DNA of 10,749 nucleotides from Campylobacterota bacterium (GTDB lineage Bacteria; Babelota; Babeliae; Babelales; GCA-2401785): NCBI GenBank assembly GCA_040374805.1, contig JBEITS010000023.1, positions 1 to 10,749 of the forward strand, read 5' to 3'. Shown piece by piece: positions 7,016 to 10,749 of this stretch (position 1 is its first letter; each line of letters starts with the position of its first letter). The notes under the pieces were generated by a model. It saw only the letters and a program-made list of their open reading frames with translations, ran no database searches and was not told where the DNA came from. The position numbers and the translations under genes were made by a program.

Positions 7016-7753
7016 ATGAAAAATTTAATGAAAATATTATTAGGGATTTTTGTTATGGGAGTCTTTTTGCCCGTGCAAGCATTTCCTCCGCTACCCGTTT
7101 TAGTTGCGCATGGTGCGGAGCGTTGGAAAGAAAAATGCAGGGTTCCGGCGCGTCCTATGCCGCCCGAGCGCAATGATAAGGACGTGATAGCTGAAACATT
7201 TTCATTGTTAGAGCCTGGCAAGAAGCGCGGGCTTAGGCGAATTGTTCGGCGAGCTAAGGGAAAAAATAAGAGAGAAGAAGCGCATCTGCGCACACTTGTT
7301 GCGCAGCCAAATATTGTGGCGGCAACAACTGAAGTATTTGCGGGCTTTCGGGTTAAGTCGGGCGATGTATTTCAAAAATTTGCACATTTTATGGAATTAA
7401 GTGCACAAAAATTTAAGGATGAAAGGAAAGCTCATCCACTTTCTGTTTCGTATTATAAGACATGTGAAAAACAAGGTGACGTAATCAGAAAAAAAATGAT
7501 GGACGAGTGCGATGCTTTGGTTGCTCGTGAAGTACCTGATCTTTCTCGGTTGGAGCCCCAGAGTCTTCCGACAGAAATTTTGGAAAATAAGTTAAAACCG
7601 ATTATTGAGGGATATCAGAATAGATTAATTAAGCTTGCAAATGCATTTGGCAATCAAGTGATGAAGATATTTCCCAAGGGGTTTGATGTTACCTGTTACA
7701 TGACGGATTGTAGTGGTGCTTTTGTCTTTGGGCCTATCCGAAAACTAAAATGA
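7016..7753 (+). CDS. Sec-signal protein of unknown function, 245 aa, with a strongly basic cluster
   Basis: The ATG at 7016 is preceded by GGGGGA 6 nt upstream. The signal peptide is MKNLMKILLGIFVMGVFLPVQA/FPP. A basic cluster, KKRGLRRIVRRAKGKNKREEAHLR, follows. The C-terminus has paired cysteines, DVTCYMTDCSGAFVFG. The ORF-track start at TTG 6971 lacks these features. The stop is TGA at 7751-7753. Confidence 0.6.
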   Translation: MKNLMKILLGIFVMGVFLPVQAFPPLPVLVAHGAERWKEKCRVPARPMPPERNDKDVIAETFSLLEPGKKRGLRRIVRRAKGKNKREEAHLRTLVAQPNIVAATTEVFAGFRVKSGDVFQKFAHFMELSAQKFKDERKAHPLSVSYYKTCEKQGDVIRKKMMDECDALVAREVPDLSRLEPQSLPTEILENKLKPIIEGYQNRLIKLANAFGNQVMKIFPKGFDVTCYMTDCSGAFVFGPIRKLK

Positions 7754-7768
7754 GTTAAAAAGCGAGAT

Positions 7769-7821
7769 GGGATCTCCAAAATCCGCTAGAATAGCGGTGC
7801 AAAAAACAAAAAGGAGATCCC
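7769..7821 (+). promoter_or_regulatory. Nested palindromes at the IS left end that can sequester the transposase RBS in read-through transcripts
   Basis: gggatctcc (7769-7777) is the perfect reverse complement of ggagatccc (7813-7821), which contains the AGGAG RBS and abuts the ATG at 7822. Inside the loop, ccgcta (7783-7788) and tagcgg (7792-7797) form a second 6-bp hairpin. Confidence 0.35.
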
Positions 7822-8598
7822 ATGCAAAAAATTATAGCAGAAAAACTATGGGAGCTCATCGCTCCCATTTTAGTTTCCCACAAAAAGAAGACTGGTAGAC
7901 CTCAAAAAGACAATAAAAAAGCATTCATTGGCATTATTTGTGTACTAGACAACGGGCTTAAGTGGCGGTGGTTGCCTGCTGAATATGGCAAGCCTTCGAC
8001 AGTTCATGGAAAATACATGCAGTGGATTAGGCATGGCTTTATTAACGAAGTATTTGAAAAGGCTCGAACTCTCTACTTTTCTACGACTAACGCTTTTCCA
8101 AACTGGTTAGCAGTTGACACTTCCTCTTGCAAAGCTTCTCTTGCGAAGGATGGTGGTAAAAGCCCTGTGGATCGAAGTAAGCGCGGCCTTAAAAAGGGAG
8201 TCATCTCTGACTCAAAGGGGGCTCCTCTTGTGGTTTCTGTTCACCCAGGCAATCAACACGACTCAAAAACGCTTCCTGGCGTTTTAAAATTAGCTGAGAA
8301 AATAAAGCGTATGCCACTTGTTGTTGTAGCCGCAGACAGTGCGTATGACTCTGAAGAATTAAGATTCGATGCTGCGCAAATGGGCTTTGTGCTTCACGCT
8401 GCAACCAATAAACGTCGAAATCCTAATTGCCCTATTGTCAAACCAAAGGGACGCTGGGTGGTTGAAGCTGCTCATAGTTGGTTGAATACATATCGAGGTA
8501 TCAGAACGTGCTTTGTTAAGCTAACGGAGTCTTTTCTTGGCTTTCTTCAATTAGCTTCTTCTGGTGTACTTCTTCGAATGTCAGGAGTTTTCGGATAG
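7822..8598 (+). CDS. IS5-family DDE transposase (IS427/IS1031-like), 258 aa
   Basis: The N-terminal DNA-binding region has GRPQKDNKKAFIGIICVLDNGLKWRWLP. The catalytic region has VDTSSCKASLAKDGGKSP, SKRGLKKGVISDSKGAPL, VSVHPGNQHD and VVAADSAYDSEELR, and the C-terminus has RWVVEAAHSWLNTYRGIRTCFVKL. This matches the conserved layout of IS5-family transposases. An AAGGAG RBS lies 5 nt upstream. Confidence 0.85.
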   Translation: MQKIIAEKLWELIAPILVSHKKKTGRPQKDNKKAFIGIICVLDNGLKWRWLPAEYGKPSTVHGKYMQWIRHGFINEVFEKARTLYFSTTNAFPNWLAVDTSSCKASLAKDGGKSPVDRSKRGLKKGVISDSKGAPLVVSVHPGNQHDSKTLPGVLKLAEKIKRMPLVVVAADSAYDSEELRFDAAQMGFVLHAATNKRRNPNCPIVKPKGRWVVEAAHSWLNTYRGIRTCFVKLTESFLGFLQLASSGVLLRMSGVFG

Positions 8599-8608
8599 GC
8601 CCTTTAAA

Positions 8609-9574
8609 ATGAAAAAATCGGGGCTGGTATTAAAAATTCCCAATCCTTATAACGGATATCCAAACCATTATCTTCGTAGAATTTGCAGTGGTCAAGGTGG
8701 TGAAAATCATTCACTTAAAAGGCAGGTTAGAAGAGTCGGTGCTTCGGCATTTATTAATGCAGAATTTTCCAAAATAGGGCTGTGTGCTCCGCAAAAAAGA
8801 TTGTGTCTAAAGCCAGGCGCAAGGATTGATGGGCCGATTAATGATAGATATTGCATTGTACTGGCAGAGTTTATTGAGGGTGACCCTGCAAGTGGTGAGA
8901 TGTCGAAATTTATATTAGATGAACAAGTAGATGCGCTTTCTTGTGTTACGAGAGAGGTTAGAACAAATGATTTTCATGATGATAATTTATTAATTTCTCG
9001 ACGATCAAGGGCATTAACACTGATAGATACTGAGCAAACGATGGCGTTTGTTTCTCATGATACATCAGAGGGGTATTTGCATGCATTTCTTACAAATATT
9101 AAGCATCCTCAGATTATGCGATATGTTTTGGGGCGTTATGTGGATCATAGAGATTTTCCGACGTTTTTCTGTGCACGTATTGAGTCTCTAGAGCGTCTTA
9201 TTCCTAAAGATGTTACGGAGGATAAGCGTATTGAATTAATGCGGCATTGGATTGTAGAATATTTGGTATTTTTGTGCACGCGTGGAGATATTACTGCCCG
9301 TCAAAAAGAAGTTCTTACCCTTTATTATTTGGGTGCAGGATATGAAGAAAATTATTTTTCGGGCTTTTCAGAGGCCGAAAGGGTTGCGAGGATGGCTGGC
9401 CTAACAAGACTTTTGGGAGAGAAATGGATGGATGGTTTTTTTCCTACGTCATTTACGGGCTCCTATGAGGTTAGGCCTGCAGTGTGTGCCGATACGGGCT
9501 CCTATGATGTTAGGCCTGTAGCGTGTGCTGTTGGAGGCACTGCGGGCGCGCGAGCGGGTGCTGGAAGTGCCTAG
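8609..9574 (+). CDS. Hypothetical protein, 321 aa, with protein-kinase-like motif order (candidate atypical kinase) and a C-terminal 13-aa tandem repeat
   Basis: The first ATG of the frame is at 8609; the frame itself stays open back into the IS, which I take to be chance. The motifs appear in kinase-like order and spacing: a Gly-rich loop SGQGGENHSLKR with a Lys at about residue 37, a hinge-like IVLAEFIEGD at about residues 84-92, a catalytic-loop-like DFHDDNLLI at about residues 121-129, and LIDTEQ 17 residues later. The C-terminus has TGSYEVRPAVCAD/TGSYDVRPVACAV and ends GGTAGARAGAGSA. The RBS is weak. The stop is TAG at 9572-9574. Confidence 0.5.
   Translation: MKKSGLVLKIPNPYNGYPNHYLRRICSGQGGENHSLKRQVRRVGASAFINAEFSKIGLCAPQKRLCLKPGARIDGPINDRYCIVLAEFIEGDPASGEMSKFILDEQVDALSCVTREVRTNDFHDDNLLISRRSRALTLIDTEQTMAFVSHDTSEGYLHAFLTNIKHPQIMRYVLGRYVDHRDFPTFFCARIESLERLIPKDVTEDKRIELMRHWIVEYLVFLCTRGDITARQKEVLTLYYLGAGYEENYFSGFSEAERVARMAGLTRLLGEKWMDGFFPTSFTGSYEVRPAVCADTGSYDVRPVACAVGGTAGARAGAGSA
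9455..9532 (+). repeat. Two-copy imperfect 39-bp tandem repeat inside the 3' end of the kinase-like gene
   Basis: acgggctcctatgaggttaggcctgcagtgtgtgccgat (9455-9493) is followed by acgggctcctatgatgttaggcctgtagcgtgtgctgtt (9494-9532), with about 6 mismatches in 39. The repeat is in frame, since 39 is 13 codons. Confidence 0.8.
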
Positions 9575-9596
9575 TTTTTTATAAAAATATTTTTTT

Positions 9597-9647
9597 GAGC
9601 TGCGGTTTTTCATTCGCGAAAGATCGTAGCTCAATTTTTTATTTTTT
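9597..9647 (+). terminator. Probable intrinsic terminator after the kinase-like gene
   Basis: gagctgcg (9597-9604) pairs with cgtagctc (9625-9632) at 7 of 8 positions across a 20-nt loop, followed by aattttttatttttt. Confidence 0.4.
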
Positions 9648-10033
9648 CTTCATCCAACTTGAATACGTTTATCTGTGTTTTTCTGTGTAAAAAAGTTGTC
9701 ATTGAGAGGTTGTTTCAGGGTGAAGCAGCTTCTTTTTTGGTGTTGTTTTAGCCAACCTGAAAATTCATCTAAAGTTTGTCTGAATTAACCGCGGTTCTTT
9801 TATTTTGTATAAAAAAGGATCGGAGTAATTAGCCTTTTTCGCTTGATTGTCCAATGTGCGGTCGCTACACTAACGCTTAGAAATTGGTAAAGGTAGTCAT
9901 CTGCGCTCCTCGTCTTTTTATTCACATTTTTCGCGTGTAAACAACCGAAAAGCTGTATGGTTTGCATATGGCTTAAGGGGTAGTGTTGTCTCTAGAAAGT
10001 GCTAATAAGACGAAAAAAAAGAAGGTAAAAACA

Positions 10034-10749
10034 ATGGAACAACGCGTTAACAGCGGTAGCGTTTTTGGTGAACAAAAAGTGCTTGCAGGTGTCGATTTTG
10101 ATGCTGTACGAAATGTGTCGGTTGTAAAGCGTGGTGGCGAGCGCGTGGTTTGTTCCTTGCAGAAAGTTTATACAACATTACAGCGGCTTGCGCATGATTT
10201 GCCGGCTGTTTCTCTTGATGGTGTAATTCGAGCCATTGTTGCTCAATTGTACGATGGAATTACCACGCAAGATCTTGAAGAAGTTATGATCTTGTCGATT
10301 GTTCCTTTTGTAGAACAAGATCCTGAATATGGCTTTCTGGCAGCTCGTGTTTTGCTTCAAAAATTATCTAAGCTCGTTATTGGTCAGTCGTACAACGATG
10401 AAAAAATAGAGAGCTTGTATCGCACATCATTTGTTGATGCGATTAATAAAGGTGTTGCTTCTAATCTTTTTGATAAGCGTTTGTTAGATTTTAATCTCCC
10501 GTTTCTTGCGTCTCATCTTGTTATTGAGCGTGATTTAAAGTTGGGATACAACGGTGTACAAATATTGTCCGACAAATATTTGCGTAAAGTTGATGGTCAA
10601 TATATTGAGCTTCCTCAATCTTTCTGGATGCGTGTTGCGATGGGCTTGTGTATTCTGGAGCCACATAAAAACGAACGTGCTATCGAATTTTATAATCAGC
10701 TTTCTACGTTCAGATCGATGTCATCAACCCCAACACTTCTCCATTCAGG
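10034..10749 (+). CDS. nrdA: Class Ia ribonucleotide reductase alpha subunit, N-terminal ATP-cone region; the gene continues beyond the window
   Basis: The translation MEQRVNSGSVFGEQKVLAGVDFDAVRNVSVVKRGGERVVCSLQKVYTTLQRLAHDL...FLAARVLLQKL...FYNQLSTFRSMSSTPTLLHS aligns by eye with E. coli NrdA: VTKRDGSTERINLDKIHRVLDWAAEGL, YLAARLAIFHL and FYDAVSTFKISLPTPIMSG. A GAAGGT RBS lies about 8 nt upstream of ATG 10034. Confidence 0.9.
   Translation, partial: MEQRVNSGSVFGEQKVLAGVDFDAVRNVSVVKRGGERVVCSLQKVYTTLQRLAHDLPAVSLDGVIRAIVAQLYDGITTQDLEEVMILSIVPFVEQDPEYGFLAARVLLQKLSKLVIGQSYNDEKIESLYRTSFVDAINKGVASNLFDKRLLDFNLPFLASHLVIERDLKLGYNGVQILSDKYLRKVDGQYIELPQSFWMRVAMGLCILEPHKNERAIEFYNQLSTFRSMSSTPTLLHS

Larger units (their letters stand above)
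7761..8603 (+). mobile_element. IS5-family (IS427-like) insertion sequence, about 0.84 kb, single transposase ORF; flanked by TTAAAA direct repeats
   Basis: TTAAAA occurs at 7755-7760 and 8604-8609, directly flanking the element. The imperfect terminal inverted repeats are gggatctccaaaatcc (from 7769) and, as the reverse complement of 8584-8602, gggcctatccgaaaactcc. Exact ends are uncertain by about 8 bp: if the IRs define the ends the element is 7769-8602 and has no clean duplication. Removing the element restores a compact gene junction. Confidence 0.6.

Noticed and set aside
6946-7293. ORFs 6946..7176 (+), 6961..7293 (-) and the 6971 TTG start
   Set aside because: They overlap the secreted-protein gene. 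The ATG at 7016 with GGGGGA at -6 and a signal peptide is the coherent start.
8201-8404. 67-aa minus-strand ORF inside the transposase gene
   Set aside because: It is antisense within a strongly supported CDS.
8564-8608. GTG start at 8564 for the kinase-like ORF, extending 15 codons back into the IS
   Set aside because: That part is inside the transposase gene and the IS terminal repeat. I read the open frame there as chance, and use the first ATG at 8609, which lies just outside the IS.
9449-9634. 61-aa minus-strand ORF over the tandem repeat and terminator
   Set aside because: It is antisense to the repeat-bearing gene end and spans a terminator, so it is probably an artefact.
1-10749. 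CRISPR arrays, rRNA genes, toxin-antitoxin pairs and restriction-modification genes
   Set aside because: There are no regularly spaced direct repeats and no rRNA-like sequence. I found no small adjacent ORF pairs with TA-like features and no methyltransferase or endonuclease motifs.

Overview
The window is about 10.7 kb at roughly 43-45% GC judged by eye, most likely a proteobacterial chromosome segment. From 1 to 5124 everything is on the minus strand. It holds the 3' end of an MscS-like channel gene with a bidirectional terminator, and a NUDIX hydrolase with a perfect Nudix box. It also holds a 322-aa Sec-signal protein and two small polytopic membrane proteins. The last pair is a translationally coupled NfeD-like (YqiJ-type) gene and flotillin/SPFH (YqiK-type) gene. 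The centre (5386-5686, minus) is a tRNA-Lys(UUU)-tRNA-Glu(UUC) operon with a near-consensus sigma70 promoter. Each tRNA is followed by a copy of the same 27-nt hairpin, which pairs with the CCA end. The right-hand part (5998-9574, plus strand) looks accessory and seems lower in GC by eye. It carries a Sec-signal protein with an RGD motif and a Pro-rich linker, then a second Sec-signal protein. An IS5-family insertion sequence with a single transposase ORF follows, flanked by TTAAAA direct repeats. After it comes a 321-aa protein with protein-kinase-like motif spacing and a C-terminal 39-bp tandem repeat. Removing the IS in silico would join the second secreted-protein gene and the kinase-like gene into one tight operon, so the IS appears to have split a two-gene module. 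The window ends with the 5' part of nrdA (class I ribonucleotide reductase alpha subunit, ATP-cone region), preceded by an unusually long leader of about 460 bp. No CRISPR array, rRNA or integrase was seen. Every call here comes from reading the sequence and recognising motifs; none was verified by database search.
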